Assembly: GCF_004212215.1 (NCBI RefSeq)
Contig: NZ_QVFV01000013.1
Coordinates: forward strand, 21,030-45,029
Reading direction: 5' to 3'
Length of the DNA: 24,000 nt
DNA from: Leptolyngbya iicbica LK
Lineage (GTDB): Bacteria; Cyanobacteriota; Cyanobacteriia; Phormidesmidales; Phormidesmidaceae
Below the pieces are notes generated by a model. That model was not told where the DNA came from. It worked only from the letters and a program-made list of their open reading frames with translations, and did not search any database. This document shows positions 7,880 through 16,392 of this stretch, in pieces. Position 1 is the stretch's first letter; every line of letters begins with the position of its first letter. The translations under genes were made by a program, and so were the position numbers.

Positions 7880-9019
7880 CTAATCTGCGGTGGCAGATTG
7901 CATTTTCGAAGGCTGACCCTGCATCAGATGAACGATCGCCTGCTTTTCCAACAGCCCCAGCAGCTGACCATTCTCACGAATCACAGCTAGCACCGACAGC
8001 TTTTTCTCGTCTAACGTGCGGATGACCTCTAGCAGCGGTTGATCAGACTCAATCGTGGTCAGTGGTATGTCGGTCGACATCACTTCTGCGACACGGGTTG
8101 TGGCCCAGCGATCGCGGGGCGTCTCTTGCAGCGCGTCCATCGAGACCGTACCGACCAGCGCTCCCGTCTCATTCACCACAAGGAACTTGCGCCAGTTGCC
8201 ATGGGTATTAAGCACCACGTCATCGGCAAAAGTGCGCAGTGAAACGTCTTGAGCCACGATCGGGCTATCGCTAACTGTGGCATCTGCCGCCGTCAAACCT
8301 TCTAAGCGTTGCTGGACAGTCGCGGACTGCGCCGAGCGATTAGCATTACTCAGTAAAAACCAGCCAATCAACAGAGTCCACACGTTGCCGATGGGACTGA
8401 TCCCCGCGATGGCGGCAGCACCGATCGCAATGGCTAACCAACCCAGGACTTGACCGGCCCGACTCGCAAACGCCAATCCTTTGTAAGGATCATCTGTAAT
8501 CCGCCAGACAATCGCCTTCACGACGTTACCGCCGTCGAGGGGCAACCCTGGCAGCAAATTAAAAATTCCCAGCGCGAGGTTGATGTAAGCCAGCAAAGAC
8601 ACGATCGCGCCCAGTGGGCCGCTCAGTGCCAAGACTTGTCCCGCTGTGAACAGAGCAGCAAACAACAACAAACTCACTACCGGACCCGCGATCGCCACTT
8701 TGAACGCACCGCCAGGGCTATCAGATTCTTTTTCCAACGCCGCCAGTCCCCCAAAGAGAAACAGCGTAATGGAATTGACGCCAATGCCTTGACGTAGGGC
8801 GGCAAAACTGTGACCCAGTTCGTGAGCCAACACCGAACTAAAAAGCAAGAGGGCGGCAAACAAACCCAGTAACCAGGGAGTCGTCCCCGGTAATGCAGGA
8901 AAGGCGTCGGCCAAACCGCTGCCATAACTCCAAGTCACCAGGGCTAACACCAAAAACCAGGACACATTGAGATAGAAGGGTATCCCGAATAGGCTGCCCA
9001 CCCGTATATTGCCGTTCAT
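7880..9019 (-). CDS. Site-2 protease family zinc metalloprotease (peptidase M50) with C-terminal CBS pair
   Basis: ORF 7880..9028. It has the HELGH zinc motif (SVLAHELGHSFAAL), multiple TM segments, NLLPGLPLDGG (the second M50 motif) and a C-terminal CBS-like tandem (VSMDAL...VMSTDIPL...LAVIRENGQLLGLL). The track start at 9028 is GTG; ATG 9019 (MNGNIRVGSLFGIPF) has GAGG upstream and is more likely. Confidence 0.85.
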   Translation of the reverse strand: MNGNIRVGSLFGIPFYLNVSWFLVLALVTWSYGSGLADAFPALPGTTPWLLGLFAALLLFSSVLAHELGHSFAALRQGIGVNSITLFLFGGLAALEKESDSPGGAFKVAIAGPVVSLLLFAALFTAGQVLALSGPLGAIVSLLAYINLALGIFNLLPGLPLDGGNVVKAIVWRITDDPYKGLAFASRAGQVLGWLAIAIGAAAIAGISPIGNVWTLLIGWFLLSNANRSAQSATVQQRLEGLTAADATVSDSPIVAQDVSLRTFADDVVLNTHGNWRKFLVVNETGALVGTVSMDALQETPRDRWATTRVAEVMSTDIPLTTIESDQPLLEVIRTLDEKKLSVLAVIRENGQLLGLLEKQAIVHLMQGQPSKMQSATAD

Positions 9020-9213
9020 ATGGGGCACCTCAAATTTTCATCAGTGCGGCATAACCCCAAACAACTCGAAGTCATTCCGCGTTTATATCCCTATTGTAAC
9101 GAAAGGTTAAAATTCACTCCTCTTGCTGGAGCCGTAAAGTCCGAAGCAAACAGTTCGGTTTTGCCGATGTCTTAGCAGCACGCTGGTGCTGCACTATCCG
9201 GCATGGGATCAGT

Positions 9214-11457
9214 TCAGCCCGGGTTTAACGTGACCGACGGCGTCACCTTGAGGGGGAGGGTGACGGTCACAGTCGTCCCACTTGCGGCGTTGGAGGTGAA
9301 GGCGATCGCCCCGTCGTGGGCCTCGACAATGCGGCGGGTAATAGCGAGGCCAAGGCCATTGCCAGTGGATTTGGTGGTGAAAAAGGGTTGCATCAATTTC
9401 GGCAAGGTCTCTGGCGGGATGGGGTCACCGCCGTTGTGAACGTGAATGTTGACAGTGTCATCATTCACGCAGAGCGAACAGGTGATGCGATCGCCCTCGG
9501 GGCAGGCCTCACAGGCATTGCTCAGAAGATTGATGAAAACTTGTGTGAGGCGATCGCGATCGCCATTCACCGTGACGGTTTGCTCCAGGCCAATCGTGTG
9601 GAGCTGCCGATTTTGCGCCACCGGCTGATGGCTGAATTCTGCGTGTAGCGTTTGTAAAAATGGCCCCAGGGCCAACGGTTCCAGCTCTAAATGCTGCTCG
9701 CGGGCATACATCAAGATTTCGTTGAGCAGCCGTTGTAGGCGTTCGGATTCTTCTAGCGCAAAGGCGAGGCGGTGCTGCGATCGCGGCGGCAACTCCATCT
9801 GGGTCAAAGAGTTGAGCCCGAGCAAGATCGTCGTGAGGGGATTGCGCACTTCATGCACAATCATGGCGGCAAGTTCCCCAATTTCGGCCAGTCGAGCCTG
9901 GACTTGCTCCATCGCTCGGCGGGCGGTGATGTCACGGGCCAGCGCCAACAGCACTGGCTTGCCGCCGATATCAATGCGACCAATGCGCACCTCGACCGGA
10001 AACTGACTGCCATCCTTGCGCTGATGGATGCCTTCGCGAGTCACGGCCTGCCCAGCAGCCAAATCCCAATCTTGGGCCAATGCGGACATCGATACCGACT
10101 TTTGCACATCGGGCACCGACAGTTGCAGCAGTTCAGCACGGGTATAGCCCAGAGTATGGCAAGCTTCCTCGTTGACATCAATGAAGCGACCATCCGTATC
10201 CACCACAAAGAGGGCATCTGTCGCCTGCTCCACCAGCGTTCGAAACCGTTGCTCGCTCTCACTGAGGGCATCTTCGGCAGCTTTGCGTTCAGTGATGTCA
10301 TTGGAGACTGACAAAATACACTCCTGACCGTTGAGCTGTACGATTTCAGCGGAATAGAGCACGGTGCGGCTGGTGCCTTGGGCACAGCAAAAGCGATATT
10401 CTTGATTGCGAATGAAGCCTTGTTGTCGCAGGCGATGCAGCATGGCAGCGCGATCGCCAATATCAGCCCACAATTTCAAACTAGCAGCCGTTTGCCCAAT
10501 GACGGCAGCCCGCTCGGCGCCATACAGCGTCAGAAAGCTGTCATTGACATCCAACAGTTCCCCCGTGTCAAACACGCTCAAACTCATCGGGTTGGGGCTG
10601 GCATAAAACGATTTGGAAAACTTCTCTTCTGATAGGCGCAGATCGGCTTCGGCTTGATCTCGCTCGGCGATCGCTTCCCCCACCTGATTGACCATTTCCT
10701 CAAACGCCATGATCACGTCGCCCAGTTCGTCCGGGCGCGATGCCCCCGGCGATACCGATTCAAACGGAAGCGATCGCGCATCCTCGTTGCGCCGCAAGGT
10801 CTGACCGGCACGCCGCAAGTCGCGTCGCAGCGCCAGCACTGAGGCAATCACCAACCGATCCAGCACGATCATGGTGGCCCCGGTGACAAAAACGGAAATG
10901 ATCAGCACGAGCCCGATGATGCGACCAATGAAGTAGTAAAACTCCCGCCCGACCCAAGTCGCATCATGGCGAATAATCAGCTCATAGCGTCCCTCTAGGG
11001 GCGACATTTCCCACACGGCATCGTAGCGTTGGGTGCGGCGGTTGTAGCGATCGCGCTCCGTCAAAACTTGTGGCAGCAGCTCAGGCATTGCAGCTGCTAG
11101 CTCGGGCAATTCACCAAAGCTGCCGATCTGGGTGCCGTCAGCACGATAGAGGGTGCCACCCAAAATGACTTCATTCCGGAGCAACGTTTCCAGACTGGCC
11201 AGTACCGACTGGTCGTCAATCGCCATCAAATCCCCTTGGCTGCTCAAGATGCCTTCGGCCTGGGCTGTGGAGAGCGATCGCAAATAATTCAACAGCTCCC
11301 GCTCCCGCCGCATGACTGACGGCACCAAAATAATGGCCTCAATCACCACAATGCTGAGAAAGACCCAAAACACAATGCGCCGCGACAGCCGCGATCGCCA
11401 CAAGTTCGCTAGCGACTGTAATTGACCCAAATTCGACGGCATAAATTTTGATGGCAT
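9214..11457 (-). CDS. Membrane sensor histidine kinase (2 TM with periplasmic/lumenal sensor region, HAMP-like linker, two PAS domains, HisKA, HATPase_c)
   Basis: The ORF is open 9214..11580. TM1 is RIVFWVFLSIVVIEAIILVPSV and TM2 is FIGRIIGLVLIISVFVTGATMIVL. Two PAS-like blocks are present (SPNPMSLSVFDTGELLDVNDSF..., ATDALFVVDTDGRFIDVNEEAC...). The H-box is MIVHEVRNPLTTIL and the ATP-lid is TKSTGNGLGLAITRRIVEAHDG. The first 41 codons from 11580 are W/R/C/H-rich and not protein-like, so I place the start at ATG 11457 (or 11442). Confidence 0.85.
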   Translation of the reverse strand: MPSKFMPSNLGQLQSLANLWRSRLSRRIVFWVFLSIVVIEAIILVPSVMRRERELLNYLRSLSTAQAEGILSSQGDLMAIDDQSVLASLETLLRNEVILGGTLYRADGTQIGSFGELPELAAAMPELLPQVLTERDRYNRRTQRYDAVWEMSPLEGRYELIIRHDATWVGREFYYFIGRIIGLVLIISVFVTGATMIVLDRLVIASVLALRRDLRRAGQTLRRNEDARSLPFESVSPGASRPDELGDVIMAFEEMVNQVGEAIAERDQAEADLRLSEEKFSKSFYASPNPMSLSVFDTGELLDVNDSFLTLYGAERAAVIGQTAASLKLWADIGDRAAMLHRLRQQGFIRNQEYRFCCAQGTSRTVLYSAEIVQLNGQECILSVSNDITERKAAEDALSESEQRFRTLVEQATDALFVVDTDGRFIDVNEEACHTLGYTRAELLQLSVPDVQKSVSMSALAQDWDLAAGQAVTREGIHQRKDGSQFPVEVRIGRIDIGGKPVLLALARDITARRAMEQVQARLAEIGELAAMIVHEVRNPLTTILLGLNSLTQMELPPRSQHRLAFALEESERLQRLLNEILMYAREQHLELEPLALGPFLQTLHAEFSHQPVAQNRQLHTIGLEQTVTVNGDRDRLTQVFINLLSNACEACPEGDRITCSLCVNDDTVNIHVHNGGDPIPPETLPKLMQPFFTTKSTGNGLGLAITRRIVEAHDGAIAFTSNAASGTTVTVTLPLKVTPSVTLNPG
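9550..9563. repeat. Two overlapping HIP1 octamers (GCGATCGCGATCGC)
   Basis: Read directly from the sequence. The same 14-mer recurs at 21549-21562. Confidence 0.9.
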
Positions 11458-11576
11458 GATGTGGACACAATTGTAGTGGTTTGAGCCCGCAGCCGAGGAG
11501 TCATCCCCTCGCAGCCCACATCGCTGGTGGGTAAACTGTCTCCCCACCAGCCATCGCCAGATTGTCGGCGATCGAG

Positions 11577-12401
11577 TCATGCCGACTCATACAAGTTGAC
11601 TTTCTCCTTAGTTTTATAAGAGTAGGCATCAAAGTCGCCAATAAAGGCTGTGTGCGTAATCAACCCAGTCCCCTCATGCCAGAGATGCAGATGCAAACCG
11701 GGCGGCTCCATCACCATAGTCGGCGGGGCATCGGCAGCAAGTTTGAGGGCGACTTGGTGAGCCGTGCTGGGCGCAACAGTACACAACGTGCCGGCCCACA
11801 AAGTTTGAATCGAGCGATGCAGATGACCACAAGCCACCCGCTGCACGTTGGGATACTGCTGAATGAGTTGCGCGAGCGCGACATCCCCCCGACACCGCAG
11901 ACGATCCATCCCATATAAGCCGCTCTCAAACGGGGGATGATGCATAAAGATGACGGTCGGGCGATCGGGCGCTTCGGCTAGGCGATCGCGGAGCCAAGTC
12001 AGGCGATCGCGATCAATATTGCCGTACCCCTCTCCCTCGACTAAAGTATCGAGCACGATCAGCCGCAGCGGCCAGTCTTCAACCACATACTGCACAAAGC
12101 CCTCAGCCGGGACGTAAGACAAGTTGGGAAACACCTGACGGAAGGCCGCGCGATCGTCATGGTTGCCCATCACCAAATACAAGGGGGCTTTGAGTGGGGC
12201 TAGAAGCGCTTGAAGCTGTTCATATTCCTCAACGCTGCCCTCATCGACCAAGTCACCCGTAGCCACCACTAAATCGGGCTGGGGCGACAACCGATTAATC
12301 TGCTGCACCGCAGCTTGCAAGTAGCGATTGGTGTCGACAATACCATAGGCTCGCTGGCCTGCAGGCTGCACATGTAAGTCAGAAACTTGGACAATAATCA
12401 T
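11577..12401 (-). CDS. Calcineurin-like metallophosphoesterase, CpdA/Icc/GpdQ-type phosphodiesterase
   Basis: ORF 11577..12401, 274 aa. The metallophosphoesterase motifs appear in canonical order: SDLH, TGDLVDEG, GNHD, MHHPP, GHLH. Confidence 0.8.
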   Translation of the reverse strand: MIIVQVSDLHVQPAGQRAYGIVDTNRYLQAAVQQINRLSPQPDLVVATGDLVDEGSVEEYEQLQALLAPLKAPLYLVMGNHDDRAAFRQVFPNLSYVPAEGFVQYVVEDWPLRLIVLDTLVEGEGYGNIDRDRLTWLRDRLAEAPDRPTVIFMHHPPFESGLYGMDRLRCRGDVALAQLIQQYPNVQRVACGHLHRSIQTLWAGTLCTVAPSTAHQVALKLAADAPPTMVMEPPGLHLHLWHEGTGLITHTAFIGDFDAYSYKTKEKVNLYESA

Positions 12402-12491
12402 GGGTATTGGGGATGCGGAAACTCTGCCTCTGCCAGACTACCCTCGAATCTCTGGCACCCACAATTGCTGGCAACACCACGAATGACCGGT

Positions 12492-12708
12492 GAACCCTGC
12501 ATTTTAGGGTCTAAATTCAGGAGTACATGTTTAGCGTTAGTTCGGAATGGCTGATCCTCTCCGATGAGGGGTGCCCGGAGGGCAGGGTGGGTCAGATATC
12601 GGTCATGCCTTGACTAAGCCACCCCAACGCCCCGCCTCAGAGGGGATTCAATACCGGCAGAGAGCTTCACGCTAAACCCTTACATTCAGGACCTGGATTT
12701 CAGGGTTG
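12492..12708. repeat. MITE-like element or large structured RNA: imperfect 40-46 nt terminal inverted repeats around a 131-nt G-rich core
   Basis: The left end is GAACCCTG...TTTAGCGT (12492-12537) and the right end is ACGCTAAA...CAGGGTTG (12669-12708). The termini are perfect complements (AACCCTG/CAGGGTT and TTTAGCGT/ACGCTAAA). The interior of the arms matches at roughly 70 percent by my manual alignment. I saw no target-site duplication. Confidence 0.3.
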
Positions 12709-13182
12709 TCCACATGCTCCATATCGCCTTACTCACAACAAGCTGGTGCCAACAACCTGCGTGTTAGAAACGACAGCCCTGTCATCGACCAAGAGATCTT
12801 GAAAGACTGGCGAATCAGGAGAGAGCTCAATCGACACCAGGCACACTTTACAGCCACGCATCGCCCTACCATGGCCCGCAACAGCAGCTTGCCTCACCAA
12901 CGTAAAGTCTTGCCAGCCAACAACCGATATTTTGCGCCAATTAAGCCACAATTAAGACATCAGGATGGTTACATGACCGCGATCGCCCTTGGTATTTGCT
13001 GCCTGATCGTCAAATGTATCCTGGTTGCATCCTATCGTCACCGAGACCGCGCAGAGCCCAGGGCTCATTCTCACGGTTGCCGTCACAACCGCAGGAAATG
13101 AGTCTGAAATTCCTGAACATCGTAGTTCTGCATGCTCCCTCTTAACCCCGGCCCGATTCCGTAGAACTACTTAGCAGTCCGG

Positions 13183-13899
13183 ATGATCGCGGCTGTTAGG
13201 ATAAAGGACGGTTGCGTTTTGCCTCGTACCCATTGCGGTTACCCTCCCAGAATTACCGACATCCCCTTCAAGGCTGCCGTGAAATCACCGATTCGCCATC
13301 CCCAACAGTTGCTCGATGCTTACCAGGCCGGCCAGGAAAACTTTAGCGATTTAATCTTAAAAGCTGTCGACTTGCGTGGGGTTTATCTGCCGTTTATCAA
13401 CCTCGAATCAGCCAATTTAGAACATGCCGATTTGCGTCACGCCATTTTGACCGGGGCCACGCTCATGCGGATTCGCTTACAGTCGGCGCAGCTTGATAAA
13501 GCTAACCTCATTGCCGCTGACCTGATTCGGGCTAATTTGCATCAAGCCTGCCTGCGTGATGCCCTCTTATCCTCCGCCAATCTTTGCGGGGCTGATCTCA
13601 GTGAGGCCAATCTGCAGCGAGCGACATTAGCAGGGGCCAATCTCAATGGTGCCAACTTGCGCGGAGCCGATCTCACGGGGGCTAACTTGTCGGGGGCATC
13701 GTTGTTTGGCACTAATTTGACGGGGGCCAATCTACAAAATGTGCCGCTAGAGGCCGCCAAGATGAGCTACACCATCATGCCCGACGGCTATTGCCTCGTC
13801 GGCGAAAATGAAATTGATGACGATCCCAACAAGGCCAGCGTCTCGATCGCGAATATCTCAGCGTACTCAAGGCTGGCTAAGCATTTGCGTAACAACTGA
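13183..13899 (+). CDS. Pentapeptide-repeat protein
   Basis: ORF 13183..13899. It has a long run of A(D/N)LxX pentapeptides: [18 protein letters not shown]...[53 protein letters not shown]. The N-terminal 32 codons look non-native. GTG 13279 ([26 protein letters not shown] upstream) is a plausible true start. Confidence 0.8.
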   Translation: MIAAVRIKDGCVLPRTHCGYPPRITDIPFKAAVKSPIRHPQQLLDAYQAGQENFSDLILKAVDLRGVYLPFINLESANLEHADLRHAILTGATLMRIRLQSAQLDKANLIAADLIRANLHQACLRDALLSSANLCGADLSEANLQRATLAGANLNGANLRGADLTGANLSGASLFGTNLTGANLQNVPLEAAKMSYTIMPDGYCLVGENEIDDDPNKASVSIANISAYSRLAKHLRNN

Positions 13900-13942
13900 A
13901 TCAATCGACTGACCTTACCGGAATAGCAGTCCTTATTGCCCA

Positions 13943-15154
13943 TTATGTGGAATGGGCCGAAGCTGACTCCCGTAAACTGAGCGCAAACCAGGCCACGCCA
14001 ATCGTCAGCACTCCAGTAATCCAAAAAGGAATACCGTAACCAAAGCTCACCAGTGCCCCGGCGACTGCTGGCCCGATCGCATTCGACAAACTGAGAAAAG
14101 AGGCGTTGGTACCCAGCACTTCTCCTTGTTCTTGCGGGCCACTGCGCAGCGACAAAATCGACTCGATCAGCGGCAGGGGGAAGGAGTTGACCGCTGCAAA
14201 AACCACCGTAATGACCACAAACGCTTGAATCGTCGGAAACGTGGGAATCAGCAAGAAACAGATGCCTCGCGCGGCCAGCATAAACGCCAAAATGTTGACC
14301 ACATTGAATCGTTGGCGCAATGGCTCTAGCCCAAACACCTGAGTCATAAAGCCGATAATGCCAAACACCGCAAAAATGAGCGCGAGTCGTCCTGGCGTTT
14401 GTCCCAAAATATTCAAGAAAAAGGGTTGAAATGCAAACGTGAAAATCGTGAAGGTAAAGCCGCTCAAAAACGTCACAAGAAAGGTGCGGCCAAAGCGGGG
14501 ATTCTGAAGCGATCGCACAATGCGCCCCAACTTAAAGTCTGACCAAGTCAGTTCAAATTGCTCGCAGACCTGATGGGTTTCTGGCAGGCAGACCGCGCAG
14601 AGGATTGTGGCGATAAGGGCGATCGCGGCTGACACCATAAAACTCATCCCCAAAGATGAGATCCCAGGCAGCGGCGGCACCACCTGCGCCAAATAACTCA
14701 GCGGTGGCCCCGCCACAAACCCAAGACGAAAGGTGGCGCCAAAAATGCCGAAAGCCCGGGTGCGCTGCTCAGGGTTCGTGATATCGCTAATAATCGCCTG
14801 GGCGATCGAGTTATTGCCTCCGGTCACCCCATCCAACACTCTGGCCAGAAATAAAAACCAGGCAAATGGGGCCAGACTGGCCATCAGGTTAGCTAACACC
14901 GTCCCCAGCAAGCTCAAAATCAGTAGCGGTTTGCGCCCGACTCGATCAGACAGGCGACCCAAAATCGGTGTCCCAATAAACTGCGAAGCAGCATAGGCAG
15001 TGGTGAGCAAACTGGCCTGAAAGTCGCTCAGGCCAAACTGTTTGGCATAGGGATATAAAACCGGAATGATGATGGTAAAACTGACCGCATTAATAAATGC
15101 GACCAGCGTAATAATCCAAAAGCGCCACGGTAAACGCTGCGAACGATCGGCCAT
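13943..15154 (-). CDS. Major facilitator superfamily transporter (12-TM, drug/H+ antiporter-like)
   Basis: ORF 13943..15154, 403 aa. It has the MFS loop 2-3 signature GRLSDRVGRKPLL and hydrophobic segments consistent with a 12-TM MFS layout. Confidence 0.85.
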   Translation of the reverse strand: MADRSQRLPWRFWIITLVAFINAVSFTIIIPVLYPYAKQFGLSDFQASLLTTAYAASQFIGTPILGRLSDRVGRKPLLILSLLGTVLANLMASLAPFAWFLFLARVLDGVTGGNNSIAQAIISDITNPEQRTRAFGIFGATFRLGFVAGPPLSYLAQVVPPLPGISSLGMSFMVSAAIALIATILCAVCLPETHQVCEQFELTWSDFKLGRIVRSLQNPRFGRTFLVTFLSGFTFTIFTFAFQPFFLNILGQTPGRLALIFAVFGIIGFMTQVFGLEPLRQRFNVVNILAFMLAARGICFLLIPTFPTIQAFVVITVVFAAVNSFPLPLIESILSLRSGPQEQGEVLGTNASFLSLSNAIGPAVAGALVSFGYGIPFWITGVLTIGVAWFALSLRESASAHST

Positions 15155-15318
15155 AATTCCTCTGCAACAGTGCCCGTTCCATCATGCCGGAAGATGTCAA
15201 GGAACGGTGCTCAGGCAGGCTCAGATATCAGCGACCATCGCCAATTCTTAGCCTCCACAGCCCCAATTTGACTACCCACATAGGAAGAGGACCGTTGGTT
15301 ATTGGCCGATCTCCAGTG

Positions 15319-15389
15319 GCTCTCTAGAGAGCGATCGCCCGTAGCTCTACCCTTTGACTAAGATGATGGCCAAGCGCGATCGCTCTCTA
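15319..15389. repeat. HIP1-centred nested inverted repeats
   Basis: GCTCTCTAGAGAGC (15319-15332) is a 14-bp palindrome. TAGAGAGCGATCGC (15325-15338) is the exact reverse complement of GCGATCGCTCTCTA (15376-15389). Confidence 0.7.
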
Positions 15390-15408
15390 AAACATCCGGA
15401 AAGCCCCC

Positions 15409-16392
15409 TTAATCCACTAAAAACTTCAATGGATCTTGAGGTTTGCTATTGAGCAGCACTTCAAAATGCAAATGCGGCCCGGTGGAGTAGCCCGTATTGC
15501 CGGAAAAACCAATCACCTCATGTTGGGCCACCAGATCATTCACCGATACTTGAAACCCGCTTAAATGCGCATAGCGAGTCCGAAAGCCATTACCATGATC
15601 AATCTCAATCACATTGCCATAGCCCCCATTGCTGCCTGCACGGCTAATCCGCCCCCCATCGGCAGCCTTGATAGGAGTCCCTGTGGGTACAGCAAAATCG
15701 ACCCCCTCATGAAATCGCACCTGCTTAGAAATCGGGTGTACACGCTCACCAAAAGGACTCGACAGGGGAAAACCAGCAACGGGATAACGGAAATCACCCA
15801 ACGCCTGACCTCGCGTGGGAGCAGCGACTTTCACATCTGCGTCTGCGCCAATTTCTGAAATCGGTGCGGGCATGGGCAGCAGTGGCAATTTCGCAGCCAA
15901 GAAGGAGCTAGAGGTCTGAGTGTCTGTAGCCATTTCTGCCACAGTTGTCCCCGCGACGCCGGTCTCCGACAACTTGGCATTCCCCGTGGGCAAAAATGGC
16001 TGAGCCAAGATGGGCACCGGGGCACTACTCGCTTTTTGACCCATGACGGTGTAGATCAGTAGCCCGACAAATACACAAGTATTGATAAACGGCAGTACGA
16101 AGAACCAGATACCGAGATAAATTGACGCGGGACTGGGTCGCTTGCGGCTGCGACGTCGCGATTGTTTTGACTGCAGGGAAGTCGAAACCTGTAAAACCGT
16201 CGATGTTTGTAAAATCGTCCCCGCCCCCGCCAGCTGCAGTGCCTCGTTCGCTAATGAATGAGCGCCATGAGTTGCGATCGCAAAAAGTTCTGGCCGCCAC
16301 ACCGGAATCGGAGCATACCGCTTTGCGCTAGATACACGGGTCTGGCCCGGATAAATGCCCTGGCTCATTGGATATTTAGCTGACTGAATCAT
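15409..16392 (-). CDS. Membrane-anchored M23 (LytM-type) peptidoglycan endopeptidase
   Basis: The ORF is open 15409..16437 (TTG). The first ATG is at 16392 and has AAGGGA upstream. The C-terminal M23 domain has HEGVDFAVPTGTPI, GGYGNVIEIDHGNGFRTRYAHL and GNTGYSTGPHLHFEV. One TM segment (IYLGIWFFVLPFINTCVFVGLLIY) follows a basic stretch SRRRSRKRP. Confidence 0.85.
   Translation of the reverse strand: MIQSAKYPMSQGIYPGQTRVSSAKRYAPIPVWRPELFAIATHGAHSLANEALQLAGAGTILQTSTVLQVSTSLQSKQSRRRSRKRPSPASIYLGIWFFVLPFINTCVFVGLLIYTVMGQKASSAPVPILAQPFLPTGNAKLSETGVAGTTVAEMATDTQTSSSFLAAKLPLLPMPAPISEIGADADVKVAAPTRGQALGDFRYPVAGFPLSSPFGERVHPISKQVRFHEGVDFAVPTGTPIKAADGGRISRAGSNGGYGNVIEIDHGNGFRTRYAHLSGFQVSVNDLVAQHEVIGFSGNTGYSTGPHLHFEVLLNSKPQDPLKFLVD

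Noticed and set aside
9120-9195. Small hairpins CCGAA-N8-TTCGG+TTTT (plus strand) and CAGCAC-GCTG-GTGCTG as the terminator of the kinase gene
   Set aside because: The T-tract is on the wrong strand for the minus-strand kinase. The stems are short (5-6 bp). This is not enough to call a terminator.
9203-11000. Many long plus-strand ORFs antisense to the histidine kinase gene (e.g. 9772..10311 at 179 aa, 9316..9648, 9722..10006, 10378..10632)
   Set aside because: They overlap a well-supported domain-rich CDS on the other strand. Their products are R/S/C/H-rich with no motifs. Stop-poor antisense frames are expected in GC-rich coding DNA.
12527-12613. 28-aa ORF MFSVSSEWLILSDEGCPEGRVGQISVMP with AGGAG just upstream, inside the MITE-like element
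   Set aside because: The SD-to-ATG spacing is only about 3 nt. The ORF spans the arm/core boundary of the repeat, and I recognise no family. It is probably fortuitous.
12706-13101. Full-length 131-aa ORF as a protein-coding gene
   Set aside because: It has a TTG start inside the inverted-repeat arm. The R/H/N/Q-rich N-terminal two thirds lack any motif. Only the C-terminal 42-aa segment, which has its own ATG and SD-like sequence, was kept, as a low-confidence finding.
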